Below, one piece after another: positions 19,879 through 36,035 of a stretch of DNA of 64,000 nt. The DNA is from Amoebidium appalachense (lineage: Eukaryota; Protista; Ichthyosporea): the NCBI GenBank assembly GCA_963693365.1, contig CAVNZM010000007.1, forward strand, positions 7,127,962-7,191,961, in the 5' to 3' direction. How positions within the stretch are numbered: the stretch's first letter is position 1; every line of letters begins with the position of its first letter. Both the position numbers and the translations under genes were made by a program. The notes below the pieces were generated by a model. The model was not told where the DNA came from. It searched no databases and was given only the letters and a program-made list of their open reading frames with translations.

Positions 19879-21981
19879 TGTGTTACAGCGTACGAAAAAC
19901 ATACACGACAGCGTGACAACATATTCGGTTTGCGGGGGTGGGGAAGAAGGGGGGGGGGTGGGGGGGAAGGGTTGCCATGCATGTGCATCTATGTAGCCGC
20001 CATTCACAGCACAGCAACAGTGATCTCACAATATATCCACGTGAAACAATAATCGTTAGCATGCTATTAGGGTTAACCCTCTCTAGTCACCCATTCCATA
20101 CCTGCACATCGTCGGTTTCAAGGAATGGCTGCAACAAAGCCATCGAAGGGAACACAGCCGAGAAATCTTCGATAAAGTGGTACGGGTTGTTCCAGTCGTA
20201 CGAGTCGAGGATAAGAACGGGGTGCTCCACCCACTCTGTGCATTTCCCGTCCAAACTCCCGGGTTTTGGCGCCAATTTTTCGGTCATTTCTTTTACCGCC
20301 TTATAGTGCGTCCATTCAATGCTTGCCTCCTGCTGTGAAATTAGGTTACCGTTTAACGTGCAATCGGCGGTCATTTCCAAATTTCCGGTTAGAGAGACAT
20401 TTTCTGCCAACCAAATCCGCCACTTCTTGTCGCCGTTGGAAATTTTCGTGTTTGTCCAGCGTTGAATTTTCGATTTTGCTCCATTTCCGGTCGTTTTCTG
20501 GTCCGATTGGCACAGAATTTCATGCCCATTGTCGAAGTTATTAAGCAACTCGTGGGTGTGCGTGTCAGCAGGGCAGCGGGGGAGCTTAGACCACTCTTTG
20601 GAGGCTGAAACCTGCTCGATTTCCCATCTGTGTGCCGGCGGGGGGGAGGGGAGGGAGGGGGGGGGGGGGGGAATAAGGTGGAGGATAGGGGAGGGAGGGG
20701 ACGGGGGGGGGAGGGGGATTGGTGGGGGAGGGAGGGGGGGGGGGGGGGGGGATGATGATGTCACCAGGTTAGAGAAGTGGTGGTAGGGTGTGCAAGGCTC
20801 CAAAAATGGAACGGGAGGTGGGCTGAAAGGATGGTATTAGGATAGGGAACAACAGAGAGCGTTGCGTGAGAGGGAGAATAATGGCCTCCTTTTTGTTTGT
20901 TTGTTTGGTTTTCTCCGCATTGCTTCCGTGCTTGTTTTCTGTTTATGGGGGTGGAAGAAGTCCGATTAAAAAACCCACCGGGCGCGTGCGCGCGCGCATG
21001 TGTGTGTGTGTGTGCGTGTGTGTGTGTATGTGTGTGGAGGCGGGGGGGGGGGGGGGGAGAGAGGGGGGGGGGGAGGGGGGAGGAAGGAGCCAGAAACACG
21101 TTGCATAGCGGGACATGCATAGTATCATAATGAAAGACCTGCCAAAGCAAGACGCGAAGGGTTATGCACGATTTGGACAGGGGGAAGGGCCGGACGGATG
21201 GGGATATGTAGCATGTACGTAAGGCATAACACGTGAGGTACATGCTGATTACCAACGAAAGCAAGTATCGTGCCTGGGATCCTAACGAACCAGCCCCCAG
21301 CCGTCCCCCCCCCCCCCTTCCCCCCCCCCCCCCCCCCCGCCGCCCCTCCCCCCCCCCTCCCCCCCCACCACCCCCACCCCCCCCTCCCCTCCCCCCTCGT
21401 CCCCAACTGTCACATAACCCCTCCGAAGATTCTGAACACACAAAGCATGAAAAATGTGGTATTCATACCAGGAAGTGTTGGGATAGTGTTATAATACAAA
21501 ACAAGCGATCACTCAGGTGCACGTGCATGGAGATGCCTATGCATGTCCCTGCACAGAATACGTCAACAGTGCATCCTCACGTTATGATATATCGATGTTG
21601 GTGGGATGAGCCATTCGAACAAACGGACGTGCACGCAAAGCACACACAGACTTACACAGATACACTTAACCTCCCCCCTGCCTTCTCCCCCCACCCACCC
21701 ACCCACCCACACAAACGGACCTCCCCCCCCCCCCCCCCCCCCCCCCCCCCAAATAGCCACACACACACGACCACACAAGCACACACCATGTGAACTTCAC
21801 CCACCCGGTGGCAACACAGTGCACTATAGTGAAGCTTATAGCATATGGTTGCAGCATGCATTATACCACCTGCCGCACAACGTGGTGCGAACACCATTGT
21901 GCACTCGATCTGACACACGCAAACTTAAAACACCCAAGCGTGCTCACACACATACACACTTCCTTGAGCCCTATGGTTATA

Positions 21982-22027
<46 letters not shown>

Positions 22028-22763
22028 ACACACAACACCACCCGCCTTCCTTTGTGGTACCCCCAGAAAAAGCAGATGGGCATTGAACGAGTGTACGGGC
22101 ACCGAAAACACGCTTGTGTCCCCCCCTCCCCACTACCCACCCTGCCCCACCCCCACCCCCCAATCCCTCTACCCTCCCCCCAGCACTTGTACCCATTGGC
22201 ACGCAGAAAGCACACGGGTGGGGAAGAGACGTGAAACGTGGTCATAATAAGCCAAGAGAAGGGAAAGTGTTTTACCTCAGACTAGTTCGCTCGAAGTCTC
22301 CGTGTGCCTTGTGAAGCCTTCGCCTATCCCCAAACTCAATCCCCGGTACGCCGTCGTGTGTCCTAGTCGACGGGTTTCCCGCCTTTTCTTGTTTCTCTGC
22401 CCCGGAAGGTGCGATGTCGGGTGGGTTCGTTGTCTGTGAAACCTCTACACTCGTTGTGACGGGACCAACAGATGCAACAGCAACAGACTCGACAAAAGGT
22501 ATCCTTGCTGGAAGCAAGAAATCATTTGCTATCTCAGGTCTGCCTGTAAAAGTGTTTTGTTCATATGTTTCTTTATGTACAACCACCGTTGCATTCCCGA
22601 ACGTAACAACAACTTTTACTTGCGAAAGGAAAACTAGGGAGACGATAACAGCAGCCACCACGGCGGCTGCTTTTGCCACGTTCTTTTTGCCCCTCAACGT
22701 AAGTCTGGCAAACAAAAGACCCCCATTGTCGCCCGTTGACGAGTCATAGTCATTTTGAAGCAT
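16838..22763 (-). CDS. GT61-family glycosyltransferase (EOGT/xylosyltransferase-like), type II membrane protein, 584 aa
   Basis: Exons 22763-22276, 20627-20102, 19434-19175, 17318-16838 (1755 nt; phases 2,0,2). N-terminal [19 protein letters not shown]61 motifs: [39 protein letters not shown]. Confidence 0.88.
17905..18975. repeat. Compound satellite TATCATGTGCATGTGCAT(GT)n, ~23 units, in GT61 intron 3
   Basis: Constant ~18-nt core separated by (GT)n runs of variable length. Confidence 0.9.
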
Positions 22764-24199
22764 TTTGGCGTGCACGTGAAAGGTCGACTTCTAGGTCTTT
22801 GAGACGGGTAATTCGTGATGTAAATAAAGGGATCATGAGCAGGTCGTTTTGGAGGGTGGTGTCATTTCAGAATCCCAAACGATTCTACAGAAATAGAAGG
22901 TTGGATTGCAAACTAGCCCGCCGCTTATGTCCCACGCCCATGCAAAGGACACTTCTGGTAACTTAGTGCAACCTTAGCACACATATGGCAAGTCAGTTGT
23001 CAGTGTAGTACAAGTGCGTGTAAGTAGCCTACGGTATACTATGATTAGACGGGGGGGAAACGTATGTAGGACACGGTGAGTATGCGGTACCTAAATTCTG
23101 GAATGTGTGTGGTGCAGTTTACACAATCCCCCAAAACTTCGGCAGTGATCGGCTAATAAAATATAAGTGTTAGTGACACTCACTCGACGAAAGCACTGCT
23201 GTTTCAACGGAGGCCGCAAGAAAATGTAACGTTATATCTCCACATATGATGTCTTTCTTGTAATGTCGTTTTTTGCGTGTGTATCTTGTTGGTGGAAGTA
23301 CTGCTGGCCTTGTGCACGTGCCGGCACCTGATTGCCCCACATTCCCACGCCCCCCGCCGGCCCCCGGCCCCGGCCATGACTTCATGGGAGGGACTGCTAT
23401 ATCGTACAGTAAGAAATCAAAATTTAACACCCCAAGAACGTAATCGCAGATCTCTTGTATTTTTTTTTACTTCAGTATTACTGTGACATATGAGCATGAT
23501 CAGGGAATGGGTCGATATACTCGATATGTCAGTGGGATGAATCATGATCACGGATCCGAAGTTTGTGGAATGTAGAAGCAAAATATCTAGCCAATAAGAC
23601 CCTACGTTTTAATGGAAGCAGACACGTATTGGCTAAGAGTTTTGCTGGTTGTAATCCCCCAAAACTCCTTGCATGCCAATGCCATACGTCCTACACGCCA
23701 CATCATGTAGACAGTCACGTGCAATGACATATACGTTGTATGTATACACACGCACGTTTACACTGACGCAAATGGCACACAAGAATACACCCACTACTCA
23801 CATTCGTCCAATTATCACACGTACGTTGTAGTACCCATGCACGCAAAAGAACTTCAATCCAGTGGTACGTATGTACACTAACGGCTGGGCGCCAGACAGT
23901 GTCCAAGGCAATAAATAGTGTGTAAACCCCCAAACGTGCACAACTACTGTAGCCATCCACACACTTGTATTTTGTACGTGACTCGGACAGTCACCATAGA
24001 GATGCAAACACTTGTGCAAGTGTTTACTATTGTGCATTGTGCAGGTGTCACAGAATGTAACTCAAAGTGCTGCAGGGTGCAGCTGGGCTTGAAGTTGCAA
24101 GCTCGTGTTTGTCACGTGAGTGCGGGCCGGGCGGGCGGCCTGTAGTAGTAGGGTGCGACTGGTGTAGCCTACTAATAACGGTTTCTTCTTCTTCTTCTC

Positions 24200-24792
<593 letters not shown>

Positions 24793-25196
24793 GTGACTTG
24801 CTGGCCGTCTGCCGTCTGCCCGTTTGAAAAGTTGCCTTTGATAAATGCTGATAATCAATGATCAACCATTCGTCAGTGAAGGCACACACTGGCAGAAGTT
24901 CATTGCCTGACACAGTAACGACAACAGTCTTGAACAGTTGTTATAATTCACCGATCATCTACTAGATAGATAGCAATAGAAAGATATTGGCGAATCTCCC
25001 CCCCCCCCCCCCCCTCCCCCCCCCCCACACACACACCTGCCCCCCTTTCCCCCCCCCCCCCCCCCCCCCCCCTCCCCGCCGGCAAGGCTCCGCCGGATCA
25101 TCACCTCCCTCCGCCCTGTACCAGCTTAAACGCACGTGAAGCGCCTGCTTGTGGGCACACACATATAACACACGCGCACACACGCACGCACGCACG

Positions 25197-25233
<37 letters not shown>

Positions 25234-25515
25234 CACACACGCATTGTGTGTCACACGCACATACACCAAACACACACACGCACATGCGCGCGCAAACAGG
25301 TGCATAGTATTACGCTTGCACACCGGCGCCTCCAAACCCACATGCACACTCTGAGACTCTGGAAGACTGGCTTGTGGGAGACTCACACACCGTCGGATAA
25401 TTTTTTTCAACTTTTGCCTTGTATGTACTGATGTAGGAAGCCAAGAAAACTCAGACCGCTATTATTATTTGCCAGATGCTATTTTTTTTTTGTGCACTCC
25501 GGGAAGTCAAAGCCT

Positions 25516-25568
<53 letters not shown>

Positions 25569-26891
25569 ACCACCACCACCACCACCACCACCACCACCCA
25601 CCCACTCCGCTGTTATCTTAATTTTCCCCCAGCCTCAATAGACTCTAGAATCATTTTTTTTTTTTTTCCCGCCAAAAAAATCTGGACGCTAGAATCCTAA
25701 AGGTGAAATATCTTAATTGTGAACCACCCCTGTAAGCCGTTTTGGTGGGCACCATAACTTAATAAGTTTGCCGATGCCATGTCTATATTAGACTGCCCCT
25801 CTCCTCCCTCTCTCTGTCTACTGCGCAACCACCCTCCCCCTCTTCCTGATCTCCCCTCCGTGCGCGAGGCCCACCTATCCAAAGTCCGAGTCTGCCAGGC
25901 AGCACGCAGTGGATGCATGCGGCGGCCAATTGGAACCACCGAATAGGTTACACACACCTCAGTGACACCCTGACACACACGGTCATTGGCACGGGCCGGT
26001 ACCGTGGCCGCTGGCAGGCACGAGCGCGCGCACACACACACGGACACATGACAGCTATGACTCGCACACTGACACCGTGTCACCACACACACGCAGTGTT
26101 ACACACAGTACGTGCACGTCACACACGGCACTGCACACACGTCTGTACACACAAGCACGCACACACTCACGCATATGGCACACACACCGTGACGTTATGC
26201 ATGTGCCATGGCCAGTGTGTGTGTTTGTACATGTGTATCCGAGACGCACGCTCCCACACACGCATGCGGCGCGCCGCGTGACCGTCACACCAGCCGCACC
26301 GTGGCACCCACCCGGCGGCACACACACATACACTGCGACACACGCACACATGTACCGGCACATGCACATGCGTACACGGACCGTCGATGATGTACACTGT
26401 CTGTGGCACGCACACACTGTGGAACACATGTGCACGCGTACGACAACATGCCGCTCCGAGTTGCAACCGTTATTATCAAAAAGGAAAGCCTTGTGGGGAG
26501 CCTGAGGCTCGGTGTGACAGTGTGCACATGAGTGTAACAGTTACTTCACCGTGGTGGTTTTGGTCACCGGCACGGACACGTGGGGGGGGAGGGGGCCCGG
26601 CGGGGGGGGGGGGAGGGCCGGGGAGGGAGGCCTGCCTAGCAGGGGGCAGGAGAGCAGGGGGAGGGGGGGGGGGGGGGGGAAGCCTCGGAGGGCATGTGGG
26701 GAGGATACAATCCGGTGCCTACTTACTACAGGGCGGGTCACTCACTTTTAAGATAACAGGTAAATACGGTTTTAGGTACCGTAGAAAATCTTTAAGTTTC
26801 TCAGCCGTAGCTACATGATTCATTCGATTTCCCGGCCCCCCCACCCCACCCCCTTCGCCCCTCCCTCGTTCTTTTTCTGGGCTGGCGGATT

Positions 26892-26922
<31 letters not shown>

Positions 26923-26984
26923 GGGAGGGGGGGAGGGGGGGGGGAGGGGGGGGGGGAGGGGGGGGGGGGGGGAGGGGGGGATAC

Positions 26985-28330
<1,346 letters not shown>

Positions 28331-28426
28331 CACCGTAAAGGCACATAGAGCCAGGGAGTGTCACGGCACGCGTCCGGGCATCGTGGGCCCATTAATGTAA
28401 ACCGTTACGCTCTTTCTTAGTCGGTT

Positions 28427-28551
<125 letters not shown>

Positions 28552-28793
28552 CACACCGTCATGCATTGGCTTTTTCGGCGGTCTGTTCACTGGATCGGTG
28601 ACGACTCCGGATCCAAATGTTAAAGCTCAATCTGGAGGCCGTGACTTCAAGCTTTACAGAAACTGAACATGATCCGCTGCACATCAGGGCTTTTCTTGTG
28701 CACGGCTACTATGATAATAATACCGAGACTAATCTATAATGAATATGTATGGAAGCCACGACAATTATTATTCCTCCTCCGAATCCTCCTCCT

Positions 28794-28825
<32 letters not shown>

Positions 28826-29219
28826 CCCTCCCCCCCCCCCCCCCCCCCCCCTCCCCCTCCCCTCCCCGCGGCGCTCCCCGTTATCTTATTTTTAGTATCA
28901 TTAACTGCCTCATCATGGGCGGCCAGCCTCGGTAGCCCCTAGAATCTTAGTTTTTTCCCCAAAAATCTAGTAAATGCACGATTAGGTTATTACAGTAGGT
29001 GAATTGTCTTCAATTGAATCCTGAATGATTCCTCTGTACTAGGCTGTACACCTGTACGGCGTAGTGTGATCGATACAGACGATATGCATGACGATGGCCA
29101 TGGGGGCGGCGTGGAGGCGGGCAAGTTTGGGGCGTTGCCATTAATATTCAACTCGAGGGGTCGTCCCCCCCTCCCCCTGCCCCCCACCCACCCTCTCTCT
29201 CTCTTTTTCTCTCCCCCCC

Positions 29220-29259
<40 letters not shown>

Positions 29260-30561
29260 ACCCCGGGGGCCTTCCCCGGGTCCCAACCGCATCCCGGCTG
29301 CCCGGCCTCGCGCTTCAAGGCAAGGCCTGGCAGACTGAGTCTTTCACGGTGCCGCTGTATGGGACGGTCTGGAATGTAGGCTATTTTTCCCGCCAGGCTC
29401 AGGCGGGGTCAGGCATTTTCTCATAAATTTCACAATGGTCTCAAAAATGAAATAATTGAAAATTTTGAAATTCAAAAACCTTGCTCTGGGACCACGTAGC
29501 TCAGTCGGGTGCCCCATATTCAATCAAGTCACTGCTAAGGTGAACATTAGGGTGAAATGTTTTTAGTAGCGCAATAGAGTTGAATAAAGCCGAAGTTCCG
29601 ACCTATATCCCTGGCTGAGAATCAACTCAATCAAGGCCTGAATAATAGGTGATAAAAGTTCAATATTTGAAATGTCGACATGACCCCGGGGGATTTATTC
29701 AAAAGTATGTGTCATAGGGGATTTAACATAAAACAGAAAACCAATCATAGCGTCGGAGATTTAATTGTTGGAATGTTTGTGTTCAACTAAGATTTGAGTA
29801 GCATGCCTACACAACAAAATGTGTCAGTAACTACGATATTTCCACCTTTTTTACTTGTGTCCGCTTGAAGAAGGAGTTTCTTGACTTTAAATATATTTGT
29901 TAACTTGTATTTTCACGTTGATTCCCGGGTAGCTAGCCATGTGAATAAATGATATTTTTTCCGACGCAAGGATTGGTTGACTGGGTTAGTCAACGATAAA
30001 ATAACTGTCGGCTAATCAGGTTTATGACAAAGCAACAATTACGTGTTTTATGAATTGAAAATACCGTTAAATCTAAAAAGTACCGATATGGGCTAGGGAT
30101 TCACCGCTCGCTCTGGAAATAGAGGAAGCAAACATGTAATGATGCACCTATATACGTACGTATCTGTGCATGTGTCTTTTTGTGTATAGTATATAAGTGA
30201 AACTAAAGAAAGAAAGTTGTGTTTGGAAACCCTGATAGTATAGCCGTACGCGTATTGGTTCCCTACCGAAACATCGTAAATCCAGTATAATTACTTGTCC
30301 TGGTTGTAAAGAAACCATAATAGCCTACGGAATTCGAGACCCCATCGCCGATGATGATTACCCTAAAAATCAGCCCCCAGGCAGCCAGCCACACATATTG
30401 AGACGTGTCGACCTCCGTTTACATGTTTCAGTATCAAACTATTCCTCCCTTGTCTTTCTTTCGACGAAAATCTCCTTACTAACAACAGTATAAGGTCCCG
30501 TCTCTGTCGCTATTAGAGCGTGTTTTTGAACAAGCATCTATTTTCCCTTTTATCTTTCACC

Positions 30562-32916
30562 ATGGGTGGTCTAGCCGAGCTCAGCAACAACCCGTTGGTT
30601 GTCCGACGTGTTGGGGGGGCCATTATTGCCCTCCTTGCTTTCGGAGCTGCACTAAGCATCTTGCAGGGGTGGAACCCATCCGTGGCTGTGCAGATGAAGA
30701 TTGATGTGCCTGTTGAGTCTGCGACGGAGTGTGTCTGCCCTGGCTTGGACCAACAAAACAAGACAAAGTAAGTGGTGTCAGACTGAGTGGCCCCGCATTT
30801 TTTATGTAACAACGTGTGCATGCATGCCTGTGATTATCTTTAAGTGAGCTTTTTGAAGACAGGATACTGACGGTGTCTTCCAAATAATGATCGGCACATG
30901 AATTATTTGTAGGTTTTTCTGTTGTGTTGCTCACTCGGCCGCCCATGATAATTTCATTGAACTCTACAATAGTAAGCCTTTATGTTGTTGCAGTCAGACT
31001 GTCTCCTCCCTGCCCACCACGATGAGATTCGCAAGGCATTGAACTGAGCTAAATTTTATTGCTAAGCATAGGCTACGGTGCACATCAGTATAGTGACCTG
31101 CCACCAGACTGCATGTGTTCCCAATGCTCAAGTGTTCCTCCCTCCTTCCATCCCATTATGAACCTCGCGGTGGCACTACATCCTGCACACACGCACGTGC
31201 ATTCACGTGTGTGCACACCTTTAGTAGATTCTAGCACACAAACTATCAGAATAAATGTGGAGCAGAGGCAGGATTCGGTCCTGTGACCTCTGTAAGAGAC
31301 AATCACTTCTACATAGCGGATCGAGAGTAGAGAGGTTCGCAGGAAGTGGTTTGAGATCTCGGATCCTCCGGCACCATCTGAGGATGGTCCGGCTGCTTTA
31401 TATACCTGAGGCGGATGCCAGTCCGCGAATACATCGTCCAATAGGATTACGGATAGTCTCTCAGGATAGATCAGGATTATGTACTAGCCAATAGGAAGAC
31501 AGTCATGGTTCCTGGCGTATGCGGCCCCAGGCAGTCCCCAAGTACGCGGGGGCGGGATAGGCGGGAACAGGCTAAGTGCGTGACTGGGAAGAGCAGGAAT
31601 AAACAGATAAGACTATTCTATCATAACACAAACTCCACGTTCAACAAAGTTATTAAACATTTTCTTATGACCGGAGGCCACTGATATGCTATTAACATCG
31701 CTGCACTGCTCTATGTACCATCCACCTGCGGCCACAATGCTCGGTCACAACATTTTACAAAGGTGGTGATGCCAAACACTAGGTGGGACCCGCCAACTGA
31801 ACTTCATGATACGAGCCTTTCCTGCTTGTAGACACACTTTCGCCTACAAATAGTATTGCTACATAGGCCTCACCGTAAATGTATGCACACTGTGACCATA
31901 TATGCACACTGTGACACACACAAACATCCCCTACTTTCTTTCCTACATACACCGTATTCGAAGTTTTCAGACTTCGTTTCATGATTGTAATCCAGTTCAT
32001 GCAAGTAACTCACCGAATCTATTTTCTGCACAGGGACGGCAAAACTACCAAGCCCGAGACCGCCAGCGGTGCGGCACCAAACACAACAGAAGCGTCGGAA
32101 CCAGCGCCAAACACACTCGACGCCAACCACATCATCAAACTCGGTATACACCAAGACACGGTGGAAGGGTGGAAGATTCGCCGTATGAACCACCTTGAAC
32201 AATACCATAAGCAGATCAACATGCCTGACTCTACGGGACGCGGGCCGTGGTCTGGTAGCCGAGCGGAGGGTAATGCCTATTTCCAGGATAATTGGGAGCC
32301 TACCTTTAGCTGCCCATACGAACGGAGACTGGGGCACTGGGGCGATGGCGGTAAATGGATCTGCAACCCGCACGTTATCAAGCGGCCGGCTATCGTTTAT
32401 TCTCTCGGATCGAACAACGATTTCAGCTTCGAGGAAGCCATGCACGAATACTTTGCGGGTCAGGTAGAGCTGCACACGTTTGACTTCGGCACCCCTGTCG
32501 GAAAACCTGATTTTGTCAACTACCACCAGTATTTCATTTCGGCCGAAGATAAAAACAACACCGGTGGCCCAGTTCACAAAACGGTCAAGACGATTATGAA
32601 GGAGCTCGGTCACTCCCACGTCGATATTTTCAAGATTGATATCGAGGGGCACGAAATGGACGTTCTTTTGCCCGTGTTGGAGAACAACGGGTTCCCGAAT
32701 GTTGACCAGATGCAAATAGAACTCCACGTCAAACCCGGTTCCTTTAAACCTACTCCCGACCAGGTTGATAGATTCTTTAAGCTGCTCTCGGAGAAAGAGC
32801 AGATGGAGATTTTCCATAAGGAGCCTAACATTAAGTTCGGTGGTGGTATTGCTTGCGAGTACAGTTTGGTTAAGGTGGACTGGAAGGCTCTTCTGCCGCA
32901 AATCCACCTTAGCTAG
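30562..32916 (+). CDS. METTL24-like / Methyltransf_22 SAM-dependent methyltransferase, type II membrane protein, 362 aa
   Basis: Exons 30562-30767 and 32034-32916 (phase 2; gtaagt donor, ctcac...cacag acceptor). N-terminal TM GGAIIALLAFGAALSIL. Motifs: NWEPTFSC..ERRLG..GDGGKWIC, IVYSLGSNNDFSFE, HTFD, DIFKIDIEG.E, QIELH, FHKEPN. Confidence 0.9.
31244..31628 (-). mobile_element. Solo LTR (385 bp) in the methyltransferase intron
   Basis: Flanked by the 5-bp direct repeat CAAAC (31239-43, 31629-33). Minus-strand termini are TGTTATGA...TCTGATA (TG...CA with one substitution). Two CCAATAGGA boxes (~31438, ~31488) lie upstream of GGTATATAAAG (31406-31396) in minus orientation. Confidence 0.7.
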
Positions 32917-32937
32917 TCTTAAGAGTGTATTAGTCTG

Positions 32938-33232
32938 TTGAATATGGGAAGTGGTGTGAGACGACGCGAAAGTTGATTGAACTTGATTGTGTATCCGTGT
33001 TACATTACGTATATATGACTTCTAGTCAGGAACAAATTCACCTTAGCTATCGTGTGGTCGTTTGAATATGGTGTCCGTGCTACATAACGTATAACATTAT
33101 ATGACCTAATAAGGAACAAATCTACCTTATATAGCGTGTAATCGTTTGAATATGGGAAGTGGCAGACACAACGTGAAAATTGCTTGAACTTGATTCAGTA
33201 TCCGTGTTACATTACTTATATATGACCTAATA
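32938..33232. repeat. Three degenerate tandem copies downstream of the methyltransferase stop
   Basis: TTGAATATGG...TCCGTGYTACATWAC...ATATGAC occurs three times; the middle copy is internally deleted. Confidence 0.85.
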
Positions 33233-33700
33233 GTATTCAGTGTGGGCTACTAAGTAATAATTTGTTGTTTGCGTTTCCAACGTGATGAATCAAATGGCAT
33301 CAGTGATGGTAGTGAAAACGTGCATGATGGGAGGGTTGGGGACGGAGGGGGAGGGGGGAGGGGGGTGTTAGTGCAAAGAAAGATCGGCTGGATCTGCAAC
33401 TGTAACAGTTACTGCTAATAGCTGTAGTTTTAGAGACTTGTATGTATTTGAAGAGAAACATATATCTACATATCGTATTGCATTATGAAATGCAAGTTGA
33501 CACCTCGTAAGTGCCATATTATATTTTTGCTGCGAGGTGGCCATCTTGTTCTTTTGAAATTTCACACATTTCCGCACACGTGCATCCGGTGACGAACACG
33601 AGTCATGATTGCATGTTGTGAACAAACGCAGACATGTACCCACACAATCAACCCGCACACACACACACACACACGCGCGTCCTGACCCATACACACACGC

Positions 33701-33737
<37 letters not shown>

Positions 33738-34000
33738 AGCTGTTTTTGCCCGGCGCACACATGCATCCATAACGTGACCAACTCACACAATTACACAGAG
33801 TGATCAATACACACAATCACAACGGTTGTTTCCAACGCACACACACGCATAGGCACCTACGCATATATGCACATAAACAACTCACACACACACACACACC
33901 CAGAACCGCACCCACGTCATTGACAAATGGCATTTGTTGTTTTGCCACATGTACACTTCGCATCTTAACAACTCACACGCACACACCGTGATCAACACGC

Positions 34001-34070
<70 letters not shown>

Positions 34071-34597
34071 ACGGTTGCGCTGTATATGCGCACTCTACAC
34101 ACACGCATATGCGCACACTCGCAACCGCACACACCAACACACACACACAAACAGCAAACACACCCACGTGCGCACACACGCACACATTTTTGCGCGCGCA
34201 CACGTACACACGTGTACACATTTGCCACACACACACACACCACATGTACATATACGCACGCCGTCACGTACTTGTGGGGGGACTCGGGGGGAGGTGGTGG
34301 TGGGGGGGGGGGGGGGGGGGGGAGGGGGAGGAGGGGGGGGCAGGACCCACCACCCCATGGCGTGCACCAGCCCAGCTGGGTCCCTGGGCCCTTGCCCCGG
34401 GAGGGGGGGGGGGGGGGGGGGGGGGGCACCCGCCCCTGCGGTTCCCTCAGGGAAGGGGGCGGGGAGGGCCCCGGGGGGAAGGGGGAGGGGGTGTGCCACG
34501 GGCAGGGGGGAGCAGGGGAACCACCAGAGGGCCCGTCGATATTTACTACTCCGCCCTCCCCCCACACCCCCGCCCCCCCTCTTCCCCCCCCGAGGCT

Positions 34598-34679
<82 letters not shown>

Positions 34680-35182
34680 ACATTTCAAATTCAAGAATCC
34701 ATCATAGTACTCCAGCTGCCGCAGGCTTCTGCCTGTGCGTGTAACTCAGCTTGGAATATTGGCACCAGGCCGAAGTCAGGTCGTTTTCAGACGAGCCCGT
34801 ATGGATACCATGAAGCATTACAGGCTCTCCCTCTTAATTGGCGATGACACTTTTGGTTTCTACGAGTCTATAACGGAAGCTCCCTGGCACCTGATTGGAC
34901 AAAACACGTTGGGATATATATAATATATGATGTAAAAACAGGGGGGAACGATTAGATCCCATAGTTGACATGAAGCTGTCTTTAGGCCAATCTATCGTAG
35001 GGCTGCGAGTGTGACAGCCCCCACATCAAATAGGCCCCAGATATGGCATAATATTATAAGTTATGTTTCATTTTGGTGATATATGATCCAACATGGTGTC
35101 TTTTAAGCAGTTTATCCAATGTGATCTCCCTACACCCAGGGCTTCCGCCGTACGGACCTATCTTTTGGTGGAAGTCCCCTGT

Positions 35183-36035
35183 GGCAAGAAGGGAATATGT
35201 CAATTATCTCCCTCTCTTCCTATCTCCCTCCCTGCATGTATTGTAGCTACGGCAAGCTAGGAGATAGGCCATTTAATATCCCTCCCTCTTTACTGCAAGC
35301 AAGTACTAAGGATATGCAATCTATTCTCCCTCCCTCTTTAATTACGGCAAGCCGGGATATATGCCAATCATCTCCCTCCCTTCGGGCCCTCCCTACATGT
35401 AGCTACGGTAATGTAAGCGATGCGATACGTATGTTATTTATTCTTCCTCCGTCTTTACGGCAAGCAGGGAGATATGCCAATTATATTTCTTCTGCGTTTT
35501 TACTGCAAGCAGGGAGATGTGCCAGTTATATCTCTCAAGCGTTCTTACGGCAAGCAGGGAGATATGCCAATTATATCTCTTAAGGATTCTTATGGCAAGC
35601 AGGGAGATAAATATGCGTTCTTACGGCAAGCAGGGAGATATGCCAATTATATCTCTTAAGCGTTCTTATGGCAAACAGGGAGATATGCTAAATATATCTC
35701 TTAGGTGTTCTTACGGCAAGCAGGGAGATATGCCAATCATATCTCTCAAGCGTTCTTAGGGTAAGAAGGGAGATATGCTTTTTAAATTATATCTCCTGAG
35801 TGTTCTTGACCTCAAGCAGGGAGCCGAGGGGGAGATGACGTCTTTAACACCTCGCTCTCCCTCCCATCGAACTAGCAGGCAGGGAGATATGCATCAAATC
35901 TCAGGGCCTCTCTGGGGAAGGTAGATATGCAGGCTCCTTGTGACAGCCAGGGATATCTCAAGCAGGGAGCCTAGCGTCATAAGTGACACGTGAGTCTCCC
36001 TCCCCAGGGGCTTACAGGCAGATATGCAGAGCCTC
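35183..36035. repeat. 45-bp minisatellite with an internal hairpin
   Basis: Unit TTCTTACGGCAAGCAGGGAGATATGCCAATTATATCTCTTAAGCG; about 8 core copies at 35456-35810 and degenerate copies on both sides. Confidence 0.92.

Noticed and set aside
29489-29525. tRNA-like GTAGCTCAGTCGG (also GTGGCTCAGCTGG at ~12460)
   Set aside because: A-box only; no B-box or cloverleaf.
31870-32907. 345-aa minus-strand ORF
   Set aside because: Antisense shadow of the methyltransferase exon.
35456-35810. CRISPR array or 15-aa repeat protein
   Set aside because: No unique spacers; frames shift and stop between units, and there is no clear gene structure.
35170-36014. RNase MRP/P P4-like pairing GGAAGTCCCCTG with CAGGGGCTTA
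   Set aside because: The 5' half is already explained by a local hairpin, the spacing is ~830 nt, and no P1-P3 or GARAR element was found; an Rfam search would settle it.
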